Of a stretch of 64,000 nt of DNA, positions 38,888-47,508 are shown piece by piece. Source of the DNA: Mariniblastus sp. Its GTDB lineage: Bacteria; Planctomycetota; Planctomycetia; Pirellulales; Pirellulaceae. How positions within the stretch are numbered: the first letter of the stretch is position 1; every line of letters starts with the position of its first letter. The stretch spans positions 2,062-66,061 of the forward strand of contig JAPKBL010000016.1 of the NCBI GenBank assembly GCA_028823415.1, given 5' to 3'. The notes beneath the pieces were generated by a model. It did not search any database and had not been told where the DNA came from. It saw nothing but the letters and a program-made list of their open reading frames with translations. The position numbers were made by a program, and so were the translations under genes.

Positions 38888-39727
38888 ATGCCCGAATTGC
38901 CTGAAGTCGAAACGATGCGACGGGGAGTCCTTGCAATCGTTGGCGCGACGATCGTCAACGCGGAACGTACGCCCTGTTCCAAACGGCCGATCGTCATCAA
39001 GCCGAGAATCGACCGTTTGAATAAACGCGTCCAAGGGAAAACGATCACCAGCGTCGATCGATTGGGCAAACGCGTTGTCATACGACTTAATTCAGATGAT
39101 CGACTGATTTTCGAACCGCGAATGACCGGATTAGTTTTAATTGCTGATCCCCCGACGCAGGAGCACCTCCGGTTTTGCCTGCAACTAAAAAAATGCCCCG
39201 TCAAGAAAGTACTCTTCTGGGATCGCCGTGGGCTTGGCAATGTCACGCTTCTGTCGGCTGACGAATATAAAATAAAACTGACTGATGGCAAACTTGGCCC
39301 CGACGCATTGGCTATCTCTTCTGCTGAATTTCCCAAGCGGTTTAAGGGCACGCAACGGGAAATCAAAATCGCCATGCTAGATCAAAAAATTGTACTCGGC
39401 ATTGGCAATCTTTACGCAGCCGAAATCCTGCACCTTGCTGGAGTTCACCCACAAACCCGATGCGATCAGATAACTGGAAAAAGATGGCAGCTCATCTATC
39501 AGAGAATGATTGAGGTCTTTGAACTGGCAATCGAGTACGAGGGTTCAACGCTTTCAGATGGTACTTACCGAAACGCCATTAACGGAGAGGGTAGTTTTCA
39601 GAACGAGCACCGTGTGTATGACCGTGAAGGCCAAGCCTGCCCAAAATGCAAGAACGCGAAAATAATTCGGATTGTGCAAGCTCAACGGGCAACTTTTTTC
39701 TGCAAGAGCTGTCAGACCAAACGCTAA
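38888..39727 (+). CDS. mutM: Formamidopyrimidine-DNA glycosylase
   Basis: It has the N-terminus MPELPEVET (catalytic Pro2/Glu3), the H2TH region LDQKIVLGIGNLYAAEILH and a C-terminal zinc finger CPKCKN...FFCKSCQ. Confidence 0.95.
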   Translation: MPELPEVETMRRGVLAIVGATIVNAERTPCSKRPIVIKPRIDRLNKRVQGKTITSVDRLGKRVVIRLNSDDRLIFEPRMTGLVLIADPPTQEHLRFCLQLKKCPVKKVLFWDRRGLGNVTLLSADEYKIKLTDGKLGPDALAISSAEFPKRFKGTQREIKIAMLDQKIVLGIGNLYAAEILHLAGVHPQTRCDQITGKRWQLIYQRMIEVFELAIEYEGSTLSDGTYRNAINGEGSFQNEHRVYDREGQACPKCKNAKIIRIVQAQRATFFCKSCQTKR

Positions 39728-39757
39728 CGCCGATGTAGCTTCCGGTCTGATTTGCAA

Positions 39758-40606
39758 CTACGTGCCGGTTGTGGCATTGATTTGCGAAACCGTATCTGCA
39801 ATGCCACGCGTTATTTGAACGGGCGCTTTTGGTTTTTCCATTGGGAACATCAATGTGAAACAGGTTCCTTTTCCAAGGCTGCTTTCTACCCGGATCTTCC
39901 CGCCATGCGCCTCGATGATGTTTTTACAAGTTGACAAACCGACACCCGTTCCACCTTTGCCGGTTTCGTCGGGACCTGCCTTAGTCGAGTAAAAGGGATC
40001 AAATATCTTGCGCAGTTTTTCCTGAGAAATACCAGGGCCATAATCTCTCACGCTTAAATCGACGGTGTTGTTCTGAAGGTTTTTCTTTAACTTGATCACC
40101 AACTGACCGCCCTCACTCATCGCCTGACGGGCGTTGATCAAAAGGTTCATCAACACCTGCTGAATTTGATTGCCGATAGCGGAAATTTCAGGAATGTCCT
40201 GAGCGATATCAATATCGACGGAGATGCGATACTTTTGCATCTCTCGCTCCAGCAAGACCATTGACTCGTCAATCAACTTACCGACATCGGTCAATTCGAA
40301 ATGCTCGCTTCGATTTCGCGCCATTCCCAGCACAGCATTGGTGATCTTGGCGGCTCGCATTCCAGCGTTGTTGATCTTGTCGAATGCCTTGTCCCGAGTC
40401 TGCTTGTCGTCGTGACGCATTCCCATTTTGGCGTAGTTAATAATCGTCATGAGGACATTGTTGAACTCATGGGTCGTGGTACTCACGAGTTCGCCAAGTG
40501 CTGTCATCCTCTGAGATTGATCGAGCTGCTTTTTTAATGCAGCGATCTCATCTCGGAGGCGTTGGTTTTCGTTTTGCTGCCCGTCGCTCACAAGCGATCC
40601 TTCCAT
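39758..40606 (-). CDS. Cytoplasmic sensor histidine kinase (coiled-coil + HisKA + HATPase_c)
   Basis: It has an H-box STTTHEFNNVLMTI, an N-box NLLINARQAM, G1 VRDYGPGI and G2 GGTGVGLS. There is no TM segment and no recognisable input domain. No response regulator gene is adjacent. Confidence 0.85.
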   Translation of the reverse strand: MEGSLVSDGQQNENQRLRDEIAALKKQLDQSQRMTALGELVSTTTHEFNNVLMTIINYAKMGMRHDDKQTRDKAFDKINNAGMRAAKITNAVLGMARNRSEHFELTDVGKLIDESMVLLEREMQKYRISVDIDIAQDIPEISAIGNQIQQVLMNLLINARQAMSEGGQLVIKLKKNLQNNTVDLSVRDYGPGISQEKLRKIFDPFYSTKAGPDETGKGGTGVGLSTCKNIIEAHGGKIRVESSLGKGTCFTLMFPMEKPKAPVQITRGIADTVSQINATTGT

Positions 40607-40932
40607 GGTCGTTATATTTTAAGCATCCCGCACTGACACAAACCTTAACCCGGCCCGCGTAGGCTCCCCGCTTTACCTCTTTGCCAAAAACTACGGGACC
40701 TGCTTAAAGTCATGGTTTTTACCCGCGAATCGTCGCTTTTCCCTTAGTTAAAGCTATCGTCCGATTAGTGTGGGCGTCTAAACCCCGAGTCTCTATAATC
40801 GGGTTGGGTAAGAGGCGTTTTTTCTACGCTTGAAAATCATCGCCTCCACAACGCACTGATGCGTTCAGAATCGCCTCGAGCGGCCCTCAACAACGTCAAG
40901 GAATGACGGTTTGCCAAAGACAAGGAACGTCG

Positions 40933-41190
40933 ATGAGTACAATTCAACAATTTGATCAATTAGTCACGATCGCTGAGAAACTTGGCTATCGCATCCGCTA
41001 CGACTATTTCGGAGGCACCGGCGGGGGAGTTTGTGAGTTTTCAGGTACGAAATGGTTATTTCTTGACCTTGCGCTCACTTGCGGTGAACAACTCGAGCAA
41101 CTCCAAAAAACGCTGGCCAATGAGCCACTTCTGTCGACGCTAACTCTGGATGATTCAATTCGGGACGCACTATCCAAACGGGTCGCTTGA
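40933..41190 (+). CDS. Small hypothetical protein (85 aa)
   Basis: The ORF has ordinary composition. The ATG at 40933 is preceded by AAGGAA at a 5-nt spacing. The ORF track start at 40903 has its purine-rich box abutting the ATG. Confidence 0.4.
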   Translation: MSTIQQFDQLVTIAEKLGYRIRYDYFGGTGGGVCEFSGTKWLFLDLALTCGEQLEQLQKTLANEPLLSTLTLDDSIRDALSKRVA

Positions 41191-41223
41191 CCCTCTCTGG
41201 TTAGACAACTTCCGGTGCTCGAT

Positions 41224-41490
41224 CTAATGATGGTACCAGCACCTAAGAAATTGATGCCAGCGGCTCGGATTATCTCCGCTGGTGCCTATCGAAGCATCTG
41301 CCGATCCTTCCTCCCAACGACTCCAAATGTTGGGAAGCACGACCGTTTCCATACTGACGATTTTTATTTCGCTATCCGCAATCCACTGGTTCGCCGCGCC
41401 CACCGCCGCCTCAAAAGACTCGTGCTGACCGGGGTTTAAAAAACCAGGAGCAACAATTTCTTTGGGAACAAAATCTTTGTATTTAAGCAT
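41224..41490 (-). CDS. Small hypothetical protein (88 aa) immediately downstream of nadD
   Basis: The ORF starts 15 nt after the nadD stop on the same strand. Composition is ordinary and it has a Trp-rich C-terminal half. I recognise no family, and it is not RsfS-like. Confidence 0.45.
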   Translation of the reverse strand: MLKYKDFVPKEIVAPGFLNPGQHESFEAAVGAANQWIADSEIKIVSMETVVLPNIWSRWEEGSADASIGTSGDNPSRWHQFLRCWYHH

Positions 41491-41505
41491 TTCGATACTC
41501 TCTTG

Positions 41506-42117
41506 CTACTGCTGACCGTATAGTTTTTGCGTCTCAATGTATTTTTCTACAGCGCGGGGGGTAAAGTAGCGAATACTTTGTTGCTTCTCAATCTTGTCAC
41601 GAATTTGCCGACTTTGAATATCAACAAGTGGACTGGCAATCGAATTACGGCAAAAAGACTCATACCGCTGGGAATCCACATATTTTTTCAAAACGGATAA
41701 ATCGACCACCTCGGCACCGGGGCGATTGACAATCAAAGGTGTTGCGAGATCGCATATTTTGCCTGGCTCGCGCCATGTCTCAAAATCGTCCAGTGAATCA
41801 GCCCCGAGCAACAAGAATAATTCATCATCGGGGTGTAATTCACGAATTGCCTTGAGCGTATCAACGGTATAACTTACGCCGCCGCGGTCAATTTCAATTC
41901 GTGCAAGCTGGAATGCAGGGTGGCCAGAAATCGCGAGTTCGATCATTTCGATTCGCTGTCGATCAGTCCCTTGAGCACCCAATTTCTTATGAGGGCTCAA
42001 CGCGCACGGTACGAACCAGACGGCATCCAGAGCTGCCTGCTCCCGGCACTGCTCCGCAAGGATCAAATGGCCTTGATGGATTGGATCAAATGAACCGCCA
42101 AACACTCCGATACGCAT
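41506..42117 (-). CDS. nadD: Nicotinate-nucleotide adenylyltransferase
   Basis: It reads MRIGVFGGSFDPIHQGHL (the (H/T)xGH motif) and has the later ISSTxxR-equivalent region VDIQSRQIR. The start is assigned to ATG 42117 rather than the ORF-track 42171. Confidence 0.9.
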   Translation of the reverse strand: MRIGVFGGSFDPIHQGHLILAEQCREQAALDAVWFVPCALSPHKKLGAQGTDRQRIEMIELAISGHPAFQLARIEIDRGGVSYTVDTLKAIRELHPDDELFLLLGADSLDDFETWREPGKICDLATPLIVNRPGAEVVDLSVLKKYVDSQRYESFCRNSIASPLVDIQSRQIRDKIEKQQSIRYFTPRAVEKYIETQKLYGQQ

Positions 42118-42354
42118 ACTTTTATCAACCTTTTTTATTAAACCCGTCTTTGTCGTCCGGAAACCTAACACAACTTTGAATTATAAACTACTAGCGTAGA
42201 TTTTTGGAAATCCCTAACTTGGCCGATCGTCATTCACCGAAAAATCAATCCAAATTGTAAACGCCTTGAGTTATCGCGCTTACCCAATAAATATTCCCCT
42301 TGGAACTTGGTCAACGTGACCCTACGTGTCAAACGAATCTGATATGTTAGGTCA

Positions 42355-44652
42355 ATGGACCAGCAATCTCTTTTCAACGTCAAACCGCCTCCCTGGCAAC
42401 TGGATGATCAGGATGACTGGCTAGCTGCTCGGATCGTGTTCCCGGGCGCACCCTACGGCCCCTATGACTACTCGATTCCCGCCGCGTTGGAAAAATCTGT
42501 TCAACCAGGGGTTCGAGTCGAGGTTAATCTCGGACGGGGCAACCGAATTATGATCGGTTACTGCATTGAGGTGATTGGTCCCTTCCACCCATCCGCTCAT
42601 ACGGTGAATCCCCAGAAATTAAAACCCATTGGGCGAGTCCTTGACCCTCTCCCACTGATCAACGCCCCTTTACTTGGCCTTGCCAACTGGATTAGCGAAT
42701 ATTACCTCTGTCCGGTCGGCCAGGTCATTGAGACAATCGTTCCTCCCGGCGTTCGAAATAAATCGGGCACGCGCGAAATGTTATTTCTAAGCGCGGCGGA
42801 AGATTTGCAGCAACGCACACAGACCATGAAATTGTCGCAACTCCAGAACACCATCTTAAAGACACTCGTCAGCAGCGTCCAAGACTGGACCCCGCGCGAA
42901 CTGGCCGAAACCGTTGGCTGCACTCAAGGACCTATCTCAACGCTTCGAAAAAAGGGCTTGATTGTTGCGACGTCTAAACGCGTTCAACAGAAAACCCACG
43001 AGATACCTCGTGAACAACGAATGGCCGACTTAGTTCTCAATGACGAACAAAAAAACGCCCTCGACAAGATCACTCAACATATCGATTCCGACACCCATCG
43101 CACATTTTTAATGCACGGCGTCACCGGAAGCGGGAAAACAGAAGTCTACATTCGAGCCATTCAAAAAGTCGTTGAGTTCGGAAAACAAGCCATTGTGCTG
43201 GTACCTGAAATCAGCCTCACGCCCCAAACACGTCAACGGTTCCGAGCCCGTTTTGACCGTGTTGCCGTTCTACACTCTCATCTAACCGCCGCTCAACGCG
43301 CGTGGCACTGGCAAGAAATCGCGGCAGGCCGCGTTCAGGTAATTATCGGAGCGCGGAGCGCGATCTTTGCCCCAACGCCTCGATTAGGATTAATCGTTCT
43401 CGACGAAGAGCATGACGGATCATTTAAACAAGATAATGCACCGAGATACCACGCTCGGGATGTTGCCAATTGGCGAGCCAGCAAAGAGGGTATTCCTCTG
43501 GTACTTGGCTCGGCCACACCTTCACTCGAATCATGGCAGCGCACGATCGAGGGTAAGTACCAAAAACTCACTCTTGAAAAACGAGTTCTGGATCTGCCTC
43601 TGCCCGATGTTGCCACCATCGACCTTCGGGTTGATTTTGGTGGAAGAAAACGCTTCGGCCCGATCAGCCAAAAGCTTCGGCAGGAAATCACTCAGGCTGT
43701 TTCGAACGGGGGGCAAGTCATTCTGTTACTCAATCGTCGTGGCTTTTCCACCCGCATTCAATGCCCCGGCTGCGGGAATGTAGAAACCTGTCCCGACTGC
43801 TCAATTCCACTGACCCATCACGTCGACGGCAATAAGGCAGTCTGCCATTATTGTGATCATCAAATCCCCGAACCCAAAAAATGCTCGCAATGCGGAAATG
43901 ATTCCATTCGGTTTTCAGGATTAGGAACGCAACGGCTGGAAGCCACCATTGCTGCAATGTTTCCCGAAATCTCCATGATGCGAATGGATACTGACACGAT
44001 GCGGAAACCGGGAAGTCACGAGAAAGCGCTCGCTAAATTTCGTAGTGGCGAAATCAAGATCCTCTTGGGAACTCAAATGATCGCCAAAGGACTTGATTTT
44101 CCAAACGTGACCCTTGTGGGTGTTATTAATGCCGACACTGCACTTCATCTTCCCGATTTTCGGGCAGCCGAACGCACGTTTGGATTAGTCACGCAAGTCG
44201 CAGGACGGACCGGGCGAGGAGAAAAAGGGGGCCGAGTGTTGGTCCAAACCTTTGACCCCGAACACAAAGCAATCCAGGCCGCAACTCGCCATGACTATCT
44301 CGGTTTCGCCGCAGAGGAGTTACCCCATCGCAACGAATTTAAATACCCGCCCTTTGGGTTTCAGGCAAGAATCGTCATTCGCGGTGAATTGCAATCGAAA
44401 GCCGAGCAAATGGCAGATCACATTGCTGAACAAATTGAATGTGCCGCTGAAAAACTGGGAGTCGAAGTCTCTGTCCTTGGTCCGGCAGCAGCCCCCGTCG
44501 AAAAGCTTCGCGGAAAATTTCGTTATCACATGCTGCTCAGCGCAGAGATCTCCGGCACCTTGCAATCGGTTGTTCAACGCGCCCAGACGACCATCAAATC
44601 GATTAATGATGTGCAATGGATCGTCGACGTGGATCCCCAGGACATGATGTAA
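42355..44652 (+). CDS. priA: Primosomal protein N' (replication restart helicase PriA)
   Basis: It has Walker A GVTGSGKTEVY, DEEH (VLDEEHD) and the cysteine-rich Zn-binding insert CPGCGNVETCPDCSIPLTHH...CHYCDH...CSQCG. Confidence 0.95.
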   Translation: MDQQSLFNVKPPPWQLDDQDDWLAARIVFPGAPYGPYDYSIPAALEKSVQPGVRVEVNLGRGNRIMIGYCIEVIGPFHPSAHTVNPQKLKPIGRVLDPLPLINAPLLGLANWISEYYLCPVGQVIETIVPPGVRNKSGTREMLFLSAAEDLQQRTQTMKLSQLQNTILKTLVSSVQDWTPRELAETVGCTQGPISTLRKKGLIVATSKRVQQKTHEIPREQRMADLVLNDEQKNALDKITQHIDSDTHRTFLMHGVTGSGKTEVYIRAIQKVVEFGKQAIVLVPEISLTPQTRQRFRARFDRVAVLHSHLTAAQRAWHWQEIAAGRVQVIIGARSAIFAPTPRLGLIVLDEEHDGSFKQDNAPRYHARDVANWRASKEGIPLVLGSATPSLESWQRTIEGKYQKLTLEKRVLDLPLPDVATIDLRVDFGGRKRFGPISQKLRQEITQAVSNGGQVILLLNRRGFSTRIQCPGCGNVETCPDCSIPLTHHVDGNKAVCHYCDHQIPEPKKCSQCGNDSIRFSGLGTQRLEATIAAMFPEISMMRMDTDTMRKPGSHEKALAKFRSGEIKILLGTQMIAKGLDFPNVTLVGVINADTALHLPDFRAAERTFGLVTQVAGRTGRGEKGGRVLVQTFDPEHKAIQAATRHDYLGFAAEELPHRNEFKYPPFGFQARIVIRGELQSKAEQMADHIAEQIECAAEKLGVEVSVLGPAAAPVEKLRGKFRYHMLLSAEISGTLQSVVQRAQTTIKSINDVQWIVDVDPQDMM

Positions 44653-44826
44653 TTCCGTTCTTTCGAGCATTGCATACCAACCTCGTTCCCCACAAATCGC
44701 CCAATTTTGCCGATCTCGCTTCTAGCAACGACTTTGCGATCGTGCTGGTTTCGCTCTGGCTTGGTTTACAGAGCACTCCTACAATGAATCAACGATTCGA
44801 TTTACCCACAAGAGTTCCCAACCCCA

Positions 44827-46872
44827 ATGTCATATCGCGGCATCAAACGTGTCCTTGGCGAGTCCAACCTCGAACGGAAGATCCGTATCTGGTTCGGCAT
44901 CTGCCTGTTGGGCCTGATGGGGGGATCGTTCTTGCTGGTGAACCAAATCACCGAAGACCAAATCTATGAAAACATCAAGGAGACGGCCAAAGGTTTTGAG
45001 TCGGATTATCTACTGCGAACCCACTTGAAGAACATTCAAAATCTCCCGCAGGCCGAGAGCGATCTACTGAAAGAACTCGCTGACGATGAAGCGGGTTACA
45101 TGTATACCGCCGAAACAATTTTCTTGCCGGAGCGGGTCACACGGAATCTAATCGGCACGTTTGCCAATGGCCTCTCCCAACCAAAACTAGTCGATGGAAA
45201 CAAAAAAAACCAAGCCATCGACCCAGAAGCAGAAGCAAAAAAAGAAGCAAAAAAAGTAAAAGAAGAAAACCGCCTCCACGCGCTTACCAATAAAGCGAAG
45301 TTGATTCAACTGGATCTGGATAAATTGGAGGCGTTGCAAAAGATTGACTTTAGCGCCTACGAAAAAAAGCAAAAATCGATCAATGAAGACGCCGCGGCGG
45401 AGGATTGGAATTCATGGGAAGTGGATAACTTGGAAGGCGAACAATTTATCTATTATGCCCCGATTACTTTCAATGCGGAGTGCAATGCCTGCCACTGGCT
45501 CATCGCCTCAGACCCAGACACCCAACTAAAACTTGATGACCTTCAAAAAAGTCTTATCGAAGATGATTTACCGCTCAGCGATTTGAATGAACTGCTCGCC
45601 GATAAAAACGAGTTCGCCCCCTCCGTCTTTCTGAAAATCTCACTCAATAATAAATTAACGCAAGATGCAATCACGCAGAGTCGGGCAATTCTCGTCTCAG
45701 TTGCGATCGGAACTGTCGTTATTTGTGTCGCCTTTCTATGGGCAATCGTTCGCTATGTCATTGTCAAACCTTTGGCCCACCTTCGTGATGTTACCGAAGA
45801 GGTCAGTCAGGGCAGAATGGACGTACGCGCCGAGGTCAATACAGGAGATGAATTTGAAGAACTTTCGCGTTCGTTCAATCGCATGCTGCGGCACCTAATG
45901 GATACGCAGCTAGCGCTGCAGAGCGTGAATCAAGACCTCGACAACAAGGTCGACGAGCAAGCGCAACTGAATCTGAAGCTGTATGAAATGAATCAGATCA
46001 AAAGTGAATTCTTGGCCAACATGAGCCACGAACTGCGTACGCCCTTGAACAGCATCATCGGATTTTCCGAAATTCTCGAAACGGCAAAGGGGCTTGAGGA
46101 CAAACAAGTCCGCTTTGCTTCTAACATTAGAAACTCGGGACGATTGCTACTCGATTTGATCAACGACATCCTCGATTTAGCAAAACTTGAAGCTGGCAAA
46201 ATGGAAGTTAATCCAAGTGAAATCAAACTAAACCAACTAATCTCTGAACTTTGCGAGATGGTCCGAAATCTAGCTGAGACAAAGAATATTCAACTCACCG
46301 TTGATGTTCATTCTGATTTCCCGCTTGTTTTTCAAGATAAAATCAAACTTCAACAAATCTTAACTAACCTTCTTTCCAACGCGATCAAATTCACGCCGGA
46401 AGGAGGTCGAATTAATGTCATAGCAGAACAACTGGAATCCGAACCCACGACACTCCGAATTCACGTGCGAGACACCGGCGTAGGTATCGCGGAACCGGAT
46501 CAAGCCATTATATTTGAAAAATTCAGACAGGGGCCCTCGGCCATTGGAAAGGACTCACTAACCCGCGAGGTCTCCGGAACCGGCCTGGGGCTTTCCATTG
46601 TTAAAGAACTCTGCATCCTTCTTGGCGGAAAAATTCAACTGGTTTCAGAGGTCGGAAAGGGGAGTACTTTTTCCATCACTTTACCTTGGAGATTTCAATC
46701 CGCTCCGAAAATCAGCTCGGAAATCTCGGCAACGATTAACGAACTTACCAAGAGTCAACGCGTCGATTTTGCCAGAGCGAATCTAACCCCGACTCCCGAA
46801 AAAGAAGATGCCGAAGACTTGAAACCAAGCTCACCAGTAACGACAAACGACGCCTCCAGTTTGACAGATTGA
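44827..46872 (+). CDS. Membrane sensor histidine kinase with a periplasmic CxxCH-containing domain, HAMP, HisKA and HATPase_c
   Basis: TM1 is IWFGICLLGLMGGSFLLV. The periplasmic region of about 250 aa contains FNAECNACHW. TM2 is AILVSVAIGTVVICVAFLWAIV, followed by a HAMP domain. The kinase core has an H-box MSHELRTPLNSIIGFSE, NLLSNAIKFT, DTGVGI and GTGLGLSIV. Confidence 0.85.
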   Translation: MSYRGIKRVLGESNLERKIRIWFGICLLGLMGGSFLLVNQITEDQIYENIKETAKGFESDYLLRTHLKNIQNLPQAESDLLKELADDEAGYMYTAETIFLPERVTRNLIGTFANGLSQPKLVDGNKKNQAIDPEAEAKKEAKKVKEENRLHALTNKAKLIQLDLDKLEALQKIDFSAYEKKQKSINEDAAAEDWNSWEVDNLEGEQFIYYAPITFNAECNACHWLIASDPDTQLKLDDLQKSLIEDDLPLSDLNELLADKNEFAPSVFLKISLNNKLTQDAITQSRAILVSVAIGTVVICVAFLWAIVRYVIVKPLAHLRDVTEEVSQGRMDVRAEVNTGDEFEELSRSFNRMLRHLMDTQLALQSVNQDLDNKVDEQAQLNLKLYEMNQIKSEFLANMSHELRTPLNSIIGFSEILETAKGLEDKQVRFASNIRNSGRLLLDLINDILDLAKLEAGKMEVNPSEIKLNQLISELCEMVRNLAETKNIQLTVDVHSDFPLVFQDKIKLQQILTNLLSNAIKFTPEGGRINVIAEQLESEPTTLRIHVRDTGVGIAEPDQAIIFEKFRQGPSAIGKDSLTREVSGTGLGLSIVKELCILLGGKIQLVSEVGKGSTFSITLPWRFQSAPKISSEISATINELTKSQRVDFARANLTPTPEKEDAEDLKPSSPVTTNDASSLTD

Positions 46873-46965
46873 CCTGTCTTAGCGCCATGCTTGAACCGCT
46901 AAACTATTGTAAACCAATCAACTACAATTAGCCCAATTCCTGTTTCTAGTCCCGAACGATGATCT

Positions 46966-47436
46966 GTGAATAACTCAGTCGCCAACACAATTGAAGTCCA
47001 TTTATTTACCGATGGTGGATGCAGCGGAAACCCCGGACCCGGCGGGTGGGGTTTCATTTTGAGACATCTCGCCTCGGGAAAGGAATTGGAAAAGTCAGGC
47101 GGCATGGCACTAACAACGAATAACCAGATGGAATTGGAAGCCGTCATTCAGGGACTCGCGATGCTCCAGCGCCCCTGCCATGTCGAACTGTTTACCGATA
47201 GTGTTTACGTCGGTAAAGGCATGACCGAGTGGATGCCTAAATGGAAAGCCAATGGATGGAAACGCCGTGAGGGGAAAAAATTGGTCCCCGTAAAAAATGA
47301 AGATTTCTGGAAACGGCTAGATCAGCAACTCGCTCGGCACCAGGTCAAGTACACGCGAGTTGCAGGGCACAGTGGGCATGAAGAGAATGACCGCGTCGAC
47401 GGATTAGCGGTCGCGGCCTACCAAAAATACCTTTAA
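46966..47436 (+). CDS. rnhA: Ribonuclease HI
   Basis: Motifs are LFTDGGCSGNPGPGGWG, TNNQMELEA, FTDSVYV and GHSGHEENDRVD (the DEDD catalytic residues in context). The start codon is GTG. Confidence 0.9.
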   Translation: MNNSVANTIEVHLFTDGGCSGNPGPGGWGFILRHLASGKELEKSGGMALTTNNQMELEAVIQGLAMLQRPCHVELFTDSVYVGKGMTEWMPKWKANGWKRREGKKLVPVKNEDFWKRLDQQLARHQVKYTRVAGHSGHEENDRVDGLAVAAYQKYL

Positions 47437-47508
47437 ACGGCTTCTCATGTCGCCTGAATCAAGCCATACAGGTCTACCCGTTTGTTGCCTCATCGAGCAA
47501 AATAGGGC

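Noticed and set aside
38830-39375. A 181-aa minus-strand ORF overlapping mutM
   Set aside because: MutM on the plus strand has its N-terminal PELPEVE motif, H2TH region and zinc finger. The antisense ORF has no recognisable features and an Arg/Ser-rich composition.
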